Origin: Camelus ferus
Taxonomy: Eukaryota
Assembly (NCBI RefSeq): GCF_009834535.1
Contig: NC_045697.1
Span: 40,364,001-40,428,000 of the forward strand
Direction of reading: 5' to 3'
DNA length: 64,000 nucleotides
The notes below the pieces were generated by a model that had not been told where the DNA came from, ran no database searches, and worked only from the letters and a program-made list of their open reading frames with translations. The position numbers and the translations under genes were made by a program. Positions 23,099-35,770 of the stretch are shown here, piece after piece; position 1 is the first letter of the stretch, and every line of letters begins with the position of its first letter.

Positions 23099-26012
23099 CT
23101 AAAAAAATACGTATACATGAATCCATATGTGTATGAATATATATGTACATACATTTATTTACTTAGGATAGTCCTCATGCTGCTGTGAGAAAGATATGAG
23201 GGGATTGGACATAAATAAAATGAGGTTAGAGAGAAGGGCATCTTACAGTGATCAAGATATGCATTGAAATGCTCCATTTTCAACCTCGAAAGCATTAACA
23301 ATATGTTGAAACATATTCTATGTGAAAACTAGAGCAATGAATCACAGTGTGGCTTAGCTCTGAGAGAACAAGAGGATTATCTGGTCCAATTTCTTGATTT
23401 TACAGAGAAGGAATCTGAAATCCACAATAGTTGTGACTTCTCCAATCAGTTCAAGACAAATCTTGGGCTAAGACATAGATCTCATTGTTTTATTTTCTTT
23501 ATGATTATATGAATGAAGTGAGGACTAAGCTTATCATAAAATATAAGTTGTTACTGGATGATTTTCTTAAATAATGAGTTCTCCTGGTGAACTTAAATTG
23601 GAATTTGACTTGAAATTAAATTCGCGTGTAATTTTTAGTATATTTTAATCTAATTAAAGCTAATCCCTCAATGAAGTGTATGTGTGTGTGTATATATATA
23701 TAGTTATATAAGAGGAAAATTCATCTACTCACATAAGAAATGTATGAGTACTATTTCTCTAAAAAGCTCAATATTGAATGAGAATAAATTAAAGTCTGTA
23801 TATAAAAATAAAATTGTAAGTTAATGAACTTTGCTACTTTTTAAAAGGAAATGTATATCTAAACATCTGTTATCTGAGCCTTTAAGACAGTAGTGGAGAT
23901 GCTTCATCTGTCCCAATGTTGGCCCAAATTAGATTTTCCTTCCTTTTCTGCAACCACTTCTTAATGACACTAAGTATACAAGTAGATACCCAACTTAAGA
24001 TTCTGTCATTTTCTGTCCTGCAGATTTATCTTTGATTCTGGTGACTCATTTAAGTACCCTGGATCTTAGAAAATACAACTGCAGAAGGACCTTAGGGTCA
24101 GAGATCAGAGAAAACACTTCTGTCCCAACCCTGCTCAGGGCTCCCCGCCTTGGGCTCATTCTTCAGGTGGCCACACCATCCGCCCAGGGAAAGGGAATGC
24201 TTGTGCCCTGGAGCCAAGAATAACCTTGGGTGGAAAAGAGAATAATTAGACCTGCTCTTCCACTGCCAAGACCTTAATGGTTGTGCCTTCCCTAGCCCAG
24301 AGGTGAATAAAGCATAAGGTTCTGTTGGAACTGCTTCTATTTGTTTGGATAAAATATGAATTTTAAAGCCAATGAAGCTTAATGCATTTTGGGGTGAGAA
24401 TTTGGGCACTAAATACTTAACAAGGCTTAAGAAAATAAATAATAAAGAGCTATGGAAACATAAAAGTAGACACATAAGGGGAGAAACCTTAGAAATCAAA
24501 CTTTGTAAAGTAAGACAACAGATCATAAACACTAGATCAGACTGTTGGATTGGGAGATACGTGTTATTGGATTCTACCTGAAAACAGCTCTCTTATTTAC
24601 AGATTCTACATTGGTTGAGGTAGACCTGTCTGCATATGATCTGTGGAAATTTTGTGTATTAAAGATCTCCTCAAGAATCTGTGAGCTTTGGGTCTATCAG
24701 TAAGGAAAAATATAACTTCTCCTAATATCCTTTCTCTACAGACATTTGCACTGGGCCACACATCTGTATCTATAAAAGTTTCTAGGTGGGAATATCTCTA
24801 AGTATATGATATTTTAGAAAAGTTGAGGGGGTAATCAGAAACTTAAATTTATTGTCATTTCCATTTCGTTTAAGAAAGACAACAAAGCTTCAAATGAGCA
24901 CTGTTTATTTGTGGGCAAACCAAGTAATGGAAGGCAATTCTGAAAGCCCCCAACCTTTGTATCATTTGTGCTCATATTTCTGTGGCCACACACATTCCCC
25001 ATAATTATTATGGTGCTAGAAATACTTTAAGATGATCATTTTCTATCACTGTATGAGTTAGAGATGGGTTAGCCCAACATATGGTAAGATGCTATGCCAA
25101 GCCACTGTGCTGAGGCACCGTTTTCAGCATCCTGACTGCTTTTCATGTCTCAGGAGTCCTGGGTCAGATGGTGCATAATTGGTGCCCTGAACCCAAACTG
25201 TGTAGTAATAAAAATAGCACAATTCTGGCTTGTTGTCTATTTAAGATCAGCACCACACCCTCCAGTTTTCAGAACCCTCTTCACAGGTAACCCAGTAAAA
25301 ACAGAAACTCTTATTTTTAGTGTGTAGTTATTTTTTGTTTGTTTGTTTACAAATTTTGAGGATGTTTTGCCTTTCTCACAAGCTTTTCAGTTCACTTCAT
25401 GAATTTCTCTCTTTCCTGTGCAGTTCTCGAGTGACATTTCCACTAGAGTAATGCTCCAACACGTGATGTATTGTTCTAGTGAGCCACACAAGTCAAAGTC
25501 TGGGAAAATCTTCAGCAAGCCATTGATTGTCAGGAATTTTTATTTTAATGGTGTCTGCTGTTCATGAGTCAATTTTTTCTTCTTAAGTCCTTCTTAAAGG
25601 ACTCTAAATTATTCAGTGTGAAATAGCTATATGACAGTAAAACAGCTATATGACAACTATAGTATGGCAGTTAGTGGCCTTATCACTGACCTAATTGTTA
25701 ACTATTGATAAAATTGTCCACTTTTGTTGGTGAATTAGCCAAAAATACCTGAACTCAGTGTGCTATGGTGTTTGCTTTAATTATATCATTCTAGCCTGAA
25801 CCCAAATGAGTTTGCTGTGTGTGTGTGTGTACCTCTGCTTTAAAAGAAAACTTAGGAATACATTTTATTTTATTATATTAAAAACAAACTGTTTATAGTA
25901 GGTGATCTTCCTGGCTGAATTTTAGTGAGAGTTGAATTTAGGTGTTTCATACTTAAATTTGATTCCCTTTTAATTGTAATGGGTGGGAAGGAAAATTAAT
26001 TTTTATACTTAC

Positions 26013-26090
26013 CTGAACTGGAAATCGTTTTAGAGGAGGATAAAAGTAGGCATGCTTGTAAAGATAATATCGGGGCCGGTACTTAAAGAC
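26013..26090 (-). CDS. IBSP: IBSP exon 4: VFKYRPRYYLYKHAYFYPPLKRFPVQ (Tyr-rich collagen-binding region)
   Basis: 78 nt, CAG acceptor, GTAAG donor, phase 0; highly conserved BSP peptide. Confidence 0.97.
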
Positions 26091-26185
26091 CTGCATAAAC
26101 ACAATAAATGATAGATTCATGTTTCATGTGCAGTAAATCTAGGTAAATGTAGTCAAGCCAAGGAAGTATGTAAAAAATGAATTAC

Positions 26186-26236
26186 CCCATTTTCTTCAGA
26201 ATCCTCTAATTTGGCTCTTTGATGCAAATTTTTCAT
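26186..26236 (-). CDS. IBSP: IBSP exon 3: MKNLHQRAKLEDSEENG
   Basis: 51 nt, AG/GT bounded, phase 0; contains the SEE phosphorylation motif typical of SCPP exon 3. Confidence 0.96.
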
Positions 26237-26331
26237 CTGTTTAAAAGAGCATTTAATTAGTACATATTCTCTCTTAAATATAGAAAGACAAAATTGGAAA
26301 TAACTCTATGTTTTTTTAATAAAGAACTTAC

Positions 26332-26385
26332 TGAGAAAGCACAGGCCATTCCCAAAATGCTGAGCAAAATTAAAGCCGTCTTCAT
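26332..26385 (-). CDS. IBSP: IBSP exon 2 coding part (exon 26332-26399): signal peptide MKTALILLSILGMACAFS
   Basis: ATG at 26385; 54 coding nt in a 68-nt exon with CAG acceptor and GTAAG donor; typical BSP signal peptide. Confidence 0.97.
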
Positions 26386-28752
26386 CTTGGTGATTGCTTC
26401 TGGAATTAATGAGGTGGTAAAATTAATGCGTAAAACTAAGAGTGTAACTTTTTTGCTCATACTAGGAGATGAAGTATTTAATTTATTTTCATTTTTGTCC
26501 AGTTATGGTTTTGACTAATTAGAAAAAATTTCTGCTTTTGCTCTAGCATTTTTCCTTCTATTTGAGTGGTGGAAGGCTGACTTTACCCATCTATTTGAAT
26601 AATGGTGAGTTCCATATTTGGTTTTAACCTCTCCACTCTGACTTGTCAGTGGAAGGCCATTTCGTCACTGCCAGGGGCTTGAGTGCTTTGAATCCTTCAC
26701 AGTAGGGCAAGGAGGTCTCCTAATATTGACACGGGAACATCAGCAGTGTGGTCATGTCATCTGTTTGTTTTGTTTACACGAAAAACGAAGCAAAAACTGA
26801 ATACATTCAAATGATAGCTTTTATGCTGATTATCCTAGAGGCAGTTTCCAGCTTCTATATAGCTTTTGAACTAAAAATTCATTTGTAAAGTGGAGACTAG
26901 GTGCCATTATCCAATGAATATCTTAGAATACTTGATATTGTTTAAGTGTGTGCAAAGATCCATGATATATGAAATATTATTCTCATAACGTGGTACCCAG
27001 TATCCATGTTTAAGGATGACTCTGTGAGACGAGATATCAGAGTTCATCTTGGGGTACTAGAGGCAAATGCCCTCAAGTTACATTGTTCTCCAGCTCCATT
27101 TAAGCTTTCCATCATAAGTGGGGGAGATTTTTGTGGAATGAATGTGGGGCTCTCCAAGGTCAGGGTTGGAGCCATGATGGAGACTTCAGTTCTACGGAAG
27201 AATTAAAGATGCCGCTCTCAGAATAGGAAAAGTTTGTGGTCATTCCTGGGGTTTGAGCCTTCAAAGATCTCAGCTCCACATAGATTCCTCAGAGGTAAAA
27301 GGAGAGCGATAGGGAAAGCCTATCTTAATTTTATTCCCTTTGATGAAATCCTATTTGAATAGAAGTTGAACAAACGTAGCTGAAAGCCGCTAACACCCAG
27401 CACTTGCATTGAGAAACACATTTAACTGAGAGCACTCTCTCCTCCAGAGTGACAGCTTTGGCAACGTTTTAGAAGCAATATTTCCCCATAAACATACTAG
27501 GAAAAGCAATATTTAAAATGCATGAAACCCATGTCATATACTATACCCTGAAGCTAGATTTTGCATTTTATCATCATTAGCCAAGATTTATTGCCTCCTT
27601 TTGAGTGTCTGACTCTAAACATTAAGCAGAGTATGGCTTAAGGCCTGGAGAAGCTGTCTTGGGTACTCATTTATACTTTATCTGCGGCCGGGTAGGTCTT
27701 TTGATTTTGATGCCTACAAACTTGCTTACAGTCCCATCTACTTTGGTAAAAGTTTCTGGTGGGCACACAGGGAGAAAGAGGCTTTGCCCCTCAAGGGGGC
27801 CCATCTGGTTAAAAAGCTTTCATTGCTGCTGGGGCGCTCTGAATAACATTTGGAACTTGGCCACCTGTGATGCAGCCCACAACAAGCAGGAAGACTACTG
27901 CTCTGCAGTTTTATGAAAAAGGTTGGAATAATTACAATATCTTAAAGAGCTAAAAACTTAAATACATGGAACTGTAGAAAGAGTTCCGAGTATAAAATTT
28001 CTCATAACAAACCATAAAAACAACTACATAAAAACATACCAGGAATAGTATAAAGAGAACCAAAGGATTCTTGTAGGCAGAAATTGGCTGCCTACATAAA
28101 TCTCATTTTATTTACTTTGTGATTCATCAAAAGCAAAGACCTCACAGTGCCCACTACTAACCCAGACAACAATTCAAACATTCTTAAAGAATTGTTTTGA
28201 GAATCTAATTGCAAGTTTTTATTGGGAGGAGTATGATAAACTAAAAACATTATTCATTTCCCTAGTACTGTACACTTTTCCATTCTGATTTTAGAGCTAT
28301 AGGATATTAACACGCTGAAACTGAATATATAACATATTGACAAGATATTCCTTATAATTGAAGTACAGATTAGGCATAATTGACAGAGAATTCAGCATAT
28401 ATCGAGGCAGATTTGTAAATGCAAAATAGTATTTCCGTCAGGCTGTTTTGAATTTGAACCAGAATAAGTAAACACAGTTATGTCTGGGGTGCAGAGGTGG
28501 AAAGTAGGAAGCATAATTTTCTAGTTTATGTACATGATAAGAACTTATTTACATGTATAGGTTTATAAACTGAGAGTTTTGGAAAGAATCCAAAATCTGA
28601 GGTAGTAAGTTTAATGATGTTTTAAATTACATAGCAATTCTATACAGTGTGTTAATATCTACATTTAAATTAAAAATTCAAAACTAAGTCCAGAGATGTA
28701 AAATGTGATGTATTTGATTTGAAGATAATGAAGTTGTCAGAATAAATCTTAC

Positions 28753-28836
28753 CCCTTTGCAGTCCTGGAGTGAGAAGGCAGGCTCCTAGGAGTGAGTGAC
28801 CCAGATTGAATACTTCCTCTGCTCTCTCACTCACTC
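28753..28836 (-). other. IBSP: IBSP exon 1 (non-coding 5' UTR); transcription start approximate
   Basis: Minus strand reads GAGTGAGTGAGAGAGCAGAGGAAGTATTCAATCTG...CTCACTCCAGGACTGCAAAGGG|GTAAG, matching the recalled mammalian IBSP leader. Canonical donor at 28752-28751. Confidence 0.85.
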
Positions 28837-28856
28837 ATTCACTTGCTCTTACCGGC

Positions 28857-29035
28857 TATAAACTCCTCTTCGTCCTTCCCACAGCCAATCACTGACATGG
28901 CCAAGGTGATGTCAGAATGTGGAGTCTCACCAGAAAACCCCCAAACTTCAACACTTTTTCAAGACACAGGCGCAGTTGAATAAACATGAACTGTGGCTTG
29001 AGTGCCAGGAGGTTTGCATTGTGGAATTTAATTGA
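28857..29035 (-). promoter_or_regulatory. IBSP: IBSP proximal promoter
   Basis: On the gene strand: inverted TATA TTTATA (28857-28862), inverted CCAAT ATTGG (28885-28889), CRE-like TGACATCA (28907-28914), FGF-response-like GGTGAGAC (28924-28931), RUNX-like TCCACA (about 28918-28923 and 29020-29025), homeodomain site TCAATTAAA (29027-29035). The order matches the known BSP promoter. Confidence 0.85.
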
Positions 29036-30369
29036 AGGTTTAGATGAAGATGAACAGTTTGAGTTCTGAATATATATAATAATATGCTGGATTTGAATTA
29101 AAATAAATAGCAAAGGATTTAACCATTTAAATATTTCATCATTATGCAAATTTTCACTATGTTGAAAGGAAGGAAAATTTACTGTAATCAGATACAATGC
29201 TACATTATCAGTTCAGAAAAAAAAAGAAAGAAATTAATAATAAAGAAAAGGAACTGATAAACAATACTTTAATATCAATTATTTTATATTTTTTCCTGAA
29301 ATATGGTTCAGTGGCTCAAAAATTAGTATCATTAAATGCCAGAATTTATAAAATATATTTCCTGAAACATACTGCTGAGTATAAAAATTAGAATTTTTGA
29401 GGATTGTACTACTGAGAGGCAGGTTTCATTTTTTACCTTGTAAAATAAACCTCTTTCAACTATCTATTTATATGATCCTTTTCTGTTGGGTAAATGATGT
29501 CACCTGGTATTTTCGTGGGCTTTTGTATACTTCTTTCCTGTTCATTTTCACATTTAACTTTTTCCCTATGGGTATTGGAAAAAAATAATTAGAGCTGGCA
29601 AGCGTGATCTGTTGTTAGAGAAATGATTTGTGAAAACCAAACCCACAAGGAACTGATTGATAAACTAAAGTACTGATTTTTTTTTCATTTGCAAAGGGAA
29701 ATTTAGCTTAATAGCTTGCATATTCTTTTTGCCCAGTCATTCATTTTTCGTCTAACTGTGAAGTGTACCTGAAAAACCAAAAACTAATAAAAATTATTTT
29801 TGAATGTGTGTGCCAGTCAACCTGATAGATGCTTTGGATAAATCATCTTTTGTTACAGAAAAGTTGTTTAGAAAATATAGACATAAGAAAGGAAGTTGGA
29901 TAGGCTCTTTCAATTCAATTCAACCCCATCAGTTTAGTTCCATTTACCTCCATTTACCAAACTTTGAATTATTGAGATTTCCACTGACCCAGGACAATGG
30001 AAAGTGAACGTTCCCAGACATGGAGAGCCAAACATAAGATGGACCTTTGCCCTGTCTTTAAAACTTTTGCAGTTGTGTAGATAGACCTAGGGCACAGCAA
30101 GCAAAATTTCTACAATGTTTAGAGGTGCTGTGGAATTAAGGAGGTTTAATTCTAAATGACAAAAAGCAGTGGAGCTGGGCCCTTACATCAGACTGGGAAT
30201 TTGCTGGGATATCAATAAGGAAGACGTTATCAAGAAGGAAAAGAAAAAACATTCTTGGGAATGGGTGTAAAGGAAATGAAATATAAGAAAAATGCACCGA
30301 CACCATCTAGGATGCACTGAGTGCTCTCATGCTGGTTCTTCATTTGTGCTATTTCACTCATCCTTCATA

Positions 30370-31760
30370 CACAGAAAACAATTCTGTGAGATTCTTCCCA
30401 TTTTACAGGTGAGGTAGGTGAGGCACAGTGATGGTAAGCATGCCCTGGGGTGCATGGCTAGTAAATGGGGGAATCTAGGGATCAAAGTCATCTATCTAAT
30501 TCTACAATCTACTTATAACCACTGTATATCCTTGCTTGCACATTTAGAAAACCTCAATGATTCAACAGACTGGAATATAGTGAGTGGAAGTAGGGACAGA
30601 TGAGGATAGTCAGATAGGCAAAGACCAGATGAGGGAGGGAGCTTAGGCTGCACTAAAGAGTATGGACTCCATCTTGGAAATGAGAGCATGCCAATGAGTT
30701 AAAGCAGGAAAACAGTATATTTAGATTTGCAGTTTGGACAAATCTTTTGTTGATAACGCAGAGCTGGGTTGAGGAAGGCAAGATTGTTATGGAGGAGGGG
30801 AGCTTTAAGAAGCTCTTTTAGTGTTCCAGGAAAGCGATGGTAAAGATCTGAACTAATGCAGCAGCAGTGGGGATAGAAAGCATGGAACAAAGGAGAGAGA
30901 GGTTCAATAGATAAAATGAATGGGACTTAGTAGAAGTAAGAGAAGTGGAGAAGCCTAGGATGATTTTTGGATTTATGGCTTGGGTAACTTTATGGGTGCA
31001 GCCATATCTCATGCAATACATAGCAGAGTAATTCGTATATTATAATCACTAAGCAAATTGTTAACAGTATATGATATATTAAAAGGAGTAGAGAACTAAG
31101 AATCAAAAAACTGAAATTTTGTTCTACCAATATGTGAATCACCTAACCCCCTGGAGGCTTCAATTTTATGCATCTTTTAAAAATAAAGGGATTTTTACAC
31201 CAAAAAAGAACCAGCCATTTCATCCTCCCATCACCTGTGAAGCATTCTTCCCAAACAATAGAACATGAATCTGATGAAGCCTCTAGTGGAGAAAATACAG
31301 GGAACAGAAGAATATGTAAAATGTGATGCGTTCAGCAAAATCAGAGAGTAGGAAACTTTACAAGCCATATTGTATCTGACTTGTATCTGATTAGCAAGAA
31401 AAATAAAAAAAGAAGTAAGGGGAAACTCTAGATTAAAAAGATTTCAGACATATATCAGAAAATTGTGAAACAATTGGAGAAATGTTGAAAGCTGACCAGA
31501 CATTTTCTGGTATTAAGAAAATATTGTTAGTTTTTCAGGTATGATGATATTATTATTATTATGTTTTAAAAAGAATTCTCATCTTTTACAAATTCAGTCT
31601 AAAATATTTATGGATGAAACAGATTTCTTGGGGTGGGGATAAAGATAAAACAAGGGTTAGTTACAAACTGATAATCATCAAATTGGTGTTAAGTCAATGG
31701 AGATTTGTGATATTATGCTCTTTGCTTTTGTGTGTGTTTGAAGTGCTATAAACAATGTTT
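30370..31760. mobile_element. MIR (about 30370-30520), L2 (about 30560-31000) and L1M (about 31210-31760) fragments
   Basis: CCCATTTTACAGGTGAGG MIR core; purine-rich antisense L2; L1MC-like ATGAATCTGATGAAGCCTCTAG...GATAAAACAAG. Confidence 0.55.
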
Positions 31761-32810
31761 TTTTAATGGAAATGATTGAACTAAGTGATTTCTAAGACTT
31801 TTTCCACTTCTAATATTCTGTAATCTCTTATTTTCAATAAGTTATTTAAGCCTGATATATCCTTTCCAACAGCCTTCTGCCTAATCTAAATTGCCTGCCT
31901 TTATTCATGCATGCTTATTGGGACGTTCTTTCTAAGGAGTAGTGCTAGGGAAAAAAATCACAGATCTTTACTCATTTTTTTTTTTTAATAATCAAGGCTG
32001 TCCTAACAACACTTCGTTGTAATCTCATTTTGATGATGGTCTTCTTTATTTAAATGAGTTGTTATGAATTGATTCTCTTAGATGGCATACGAACCACCCT
32101 TCTCCCTCTTTTCTTATTGCCTCTGCCTTTGTTCAAGTCCTCATTATTTCTTGCCAGGTTGTAGTAGTAATATTCTAATTGTGGACATGTTGCCTATTTT
32201 CCCTTCCCCAAAATTCTGTGACCACAGGATTTAGAATCAAAGATTGAGGTGAAGTTCAAGTGCTGTCTCTTGCTAGCTTTTGAACTTGGGTAAAACTCTC
32301 TCAGCCTAAAAAGTCTGACCCCAACTTTCCTTTCCAATATTGTTTATTACTTCTTGTCTGCTAGGATATATTTCAAGATGCTCTATACAGACTTAAGAAT
32401 AGTCAGGTCTAAGAAGTAGATAAATACTTTCAAAACAGATTTTCACGTGAAGTTTCTTCACAACTCTTAATTGAAATCTTCATAACCTAGAATTTTCTGG
32501 AATAAATGACAGAATTTCCTCTTCTCTATCAGAAAAATGCTAAAATCTGGCTATGCCAATGTTTTATTTACTAGTAAACCCTTTTACTATTTCTACCTCA
32601 TCCACTCTTTCTCTCTGAAACCAAAAGGTAGTGTCTAGTTGGGATACCACCCCTCACATCTACAGTGTTCTCCTGAGCTATCTCACCATTGCCTTGGTTG
32701 CTCTTTGATACTTCATCACTGGACCCTTTGCTTCTCAATCTAAGGTGTCATACCCGTATAATTATTTGATTTCCAGTATGCATTCTGCTTCCCATTCAGG
32801 CTTACCTGTT

Positions 32811-33078
32811 TAGGGCAGTATAGCTCAAGTGGTAGAGCACAGGCTTAGCGTACACCAGGTCCTGAGTTCAATCCCCAGTACCTCCTTCAAAATTAAATAA
32901 ACCTAATTACCTCCCCCCACCAAAAATAATAAATTAATTTTTAAGGGGAAAAAGTATAGCTCAAGTGGTGGAGCACATGCTCAGCACCCAAGAGGTCCTG
33001 GGTTCAATCCCCAGTAACTCCTCCAAGGGGAAATCAATGAATAAAACTAATTACCTCTCCCTCATAAAACAAACAACA
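32811..33078 (+). mobile_element. Head-to-tail pair of tRNA-Ala-derived camelid SINEs (vic-1-like)
   Basis: Two units, each TATAGCTCAAGTGGT(A/G)GAGCAC...GGTCCTG(A/G)GTTCAATCCCCAGTA...CTAATTACCTC, flanked by the 14-bp direct repeat CAGGCTTA(C/T)CTGTT. Confidence 0.85.
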
Positions 33079-33789
33079 CAGGCTTATCTGTTCAACTTTT
33101 GCCTAGTTTTTCCATCAATAAGTCTCTGGATCTAGGACTTTATATAATCAGTTGATTGCTATCGCTTACTGAGTTCTTGTAAACTTGGGTGGTGGGGGCC
33201 ACAAAGACAGGTTTTTTTCCTTAGGGTTTATAATCTGGTCAAGTTCTCCCTCCCCTCTTCCTTCCCAGGCCTCCCTTGTTTATGTAAAATTCAATGCTTT
33301 TCCTAGCCCCACCCAATTTCCCAGCAAAACTTTCATGTATTCCATAGCCAGAAAAAACAAATACCAAATGTGTACTTAATATGAATTCCTATTTAAGAAC
33401 CGCCATGCTCTCTTACTATAATATTGTGTCCTTGTGTGGTAGTGGTGGTGGTGGTGGTGATGTGTGTGTCCATGTCATCTGATTTTTATTGCGGGCTTCT
33501 AGAGGACAAGGACTGTATCTATTTAAATTGCTATATACGGAGTCAGGAAACCACATCTATGGTTATTTACACGAGACTGGACATTCTCATAGCCTCTGAT
33601 ATCAGGTGAACATTAATGAAGTGTGGCGATTAATCCCTTGCCCTTTCTAAGAGAGAAGATGGAAGTTAATACAAAATGCGGTCGGCAGGTAGTAGGCTAG
33701 GGACGGAGTACTTGTGGACTGTTCTCTGTGATGTGATTCCTGTCTCCAAGGGAAAGGTTCTGAATTTGTTCCTTCCAAATCTTCTCCGT

Positions 33790-33929
33790 TTTTAAAATTT
33801 TATTTTACTTGGTGGGGGGGAGGGGGTTAGGTGTATTTATTTATTTTTAGAGGAGTTGCTGTGGATTGAACCCAGGACCTCTCCCATGCTAAGCACGCGC
33901 TCTACCACTTGAGCTATACTCTTCCCTCC
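33790..33929 (-). mobile_element. tRNA-derived camelid SINE
   Basis: GATTGAACCCAGGACCTC...ATGCTAAGCACGCGCTCTACCACTTGAGCTATAC (reverse B and A boxes) with a T-rich tail. Confidence 0.85.
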
Positions 33930-34099
33930 AAACCTTTTCTATTTAAGATTTAGGAGTGAATGGAGGTTAAATCTGGTTGGATCTCTCTACAAGCTTCCCA
34001 GGTACTTCTCTCTGCTTTACCATCTAGTTCTCCCTATTGGCTCTTTTTCATTGGAATTTAATTTTCAAGGCTCTTTCATAAAACAAAGAAGCAAAACCA

Positions 34100-35490
34100 T
34101 CCTTCATCCATACACATTCGCACTCAGCTACTCAGATATTTCTCTCTTCCTCTTCACAGTCAAGTTTCTCAAGCATTGTCAACATTTTTAATGACCCAAT
34201 TTCTTCACTTTCTACTCCCTTCTCAACCCAAAGGCAATATGGCCTTTGCCCCCATAACTCTATAGAAACTTGTCTCATAAAGGTTACCAATGACTTTATT
34301 CTGGTTAACCAATGAGTTCTTGCTGGTTAATTGCAATGAATACTTTCCAGTCACTTTCCTTGGTGGTGTTGATAGCAGTTGATGCCGCTGAGTGTTTCCC
34401 CCTCTTTCAAAAATTCTACCTCCCTACCACATGCATGGCACTGCATTCTCTGGTTTCCTCATCCCTCCCTGCCTACTATTTCTCAACTGCTCTTAGGGAC
34501 TCCTCTTTCTCTAGCTATGTTTTGAATGTTGATATTTTCAAGGTTCTGTCCTTGTCCTTCTCTTATTCTCTAGAGTCTCTTTGGATGATCTCGTTCATTC
34601 CCATGGCTTCACTTACCCATCTGTTTGTTTTTTGTTTTTGTTTTTTAATACAAATTATCTTCCTGTGCTTTAGGGTCACACATATTATCAAACTTATAAT
34701 GGAAATCTCCACCTGAAAGTTCCAAAATTACCTCAAATTCCCAACTGCCCTTCATTCTATTTTTCTATTTGTCCCTTACCCCTCCCACTTCAATGTGGTC
34801 CTGTCAATTCCACACCCCTCAAATCTTACTTCCATCCACCCTCCCTACTAATTATCTTACTTAAGGTCATGTTGTCTCAGCTGGGTTACTATGAGAACCT
34901 CTTTATTGTCTTTCTCTCCAATCCATTTCTCACACTGTGGCCAAAATAAACTTTCTAAAATATCAGTAATATATTTTCAATCTTTGCTTAAAATCCTCCA
35001 TGGCTCTAATACCTTCAGGATAAAATCTACACTTCTCAGAGTTGCAGAGAAGGCTCTTCATGATCTGGCTCATTCATGTGACCACAGCCCTACCCCCTTT
35101 ATTTTCCTGCCTCATACTAAGCTCAAGTCATACTAAAGTATTTCATTTCCTTTCCTTTGTACTATGTATTTTTCTGAGGGCCTTTCAACATACTATCTTT
35201 GTCTGTCTAACTCTGACTAGTCATTCAAGACTCAGTTCTGAAGTCACACCCTAAAGAAGACTGTCCTGATCCCTATCTTCACTTTGGCTAAATTGGTGCC
35301 TTCTCTGTTTCCAAAGCACCCGTATGATAGTAATGACCTTTCTCTCCTAGGGATGATTGCTTATCTCTCATGACTTCTGGATGGACTGGGAGTTTTTGAG
35401 GACAGGTACAGGATCTTATTTACCATCATCTCTCCAACCACTCATCACAATGCCTGACATAGGACATTTATCCAATAAATAGTCTTAAAA
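34100..35490 (+). mobile_element. L2 LINE fragment
   Basis: Pyrimidine-rich degenerate ORF2 (AAGGTTACCAATGAC, CATTCCCATGGCTTCA, TGCTTAAAATCCTCCATGGCT) ending ACAATGCCTGACATAGG...CAATAAATA. Confidence 0.75.
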
Positions 35491-35534
35491 TAATGGCAGA
35501 TTGGTTAAGAATGAATATTGAAAGACCATCTATC

Positions 35535-35770
35535 ATAGTGTTTCTCAACCTTTTTTTTTTTATTGCCCATTAAAAAGAAAAATTTACTTTAATTTAATGT
35601 CTCCCTAAGGAGACATTAAGGAATAAGATTTTGTCAAATAGTATTAGATAAATACTAAGGAATAAGATTTTTGTTAAGGAATAACACTTTGTTGGATACT
35701 AAGGAATAAGATTTTGTTGGACAGATTTTGCTGAGCTTTGAAGGGCCACAAACCATTGTAATGTCTAAGA
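35535..35770. mobile_element. hAT-Charlie family fragment with an internal hairpin and a short tandem array
   Basis: AGTGTTTCTCAACCTTTTT terminus and GAAGGGCCACAAACCATTGTAATGTCTAAGA; four copies of TAAGGAATAA(GATT)TTGT. Confidence 0.55.

Noticed and set aside
35617..35722. Spaced direct repeats superficially like a CRISPR array
   Set aside because: Eukaryotic context, with very short irregular spacers derived from the repeat itself.
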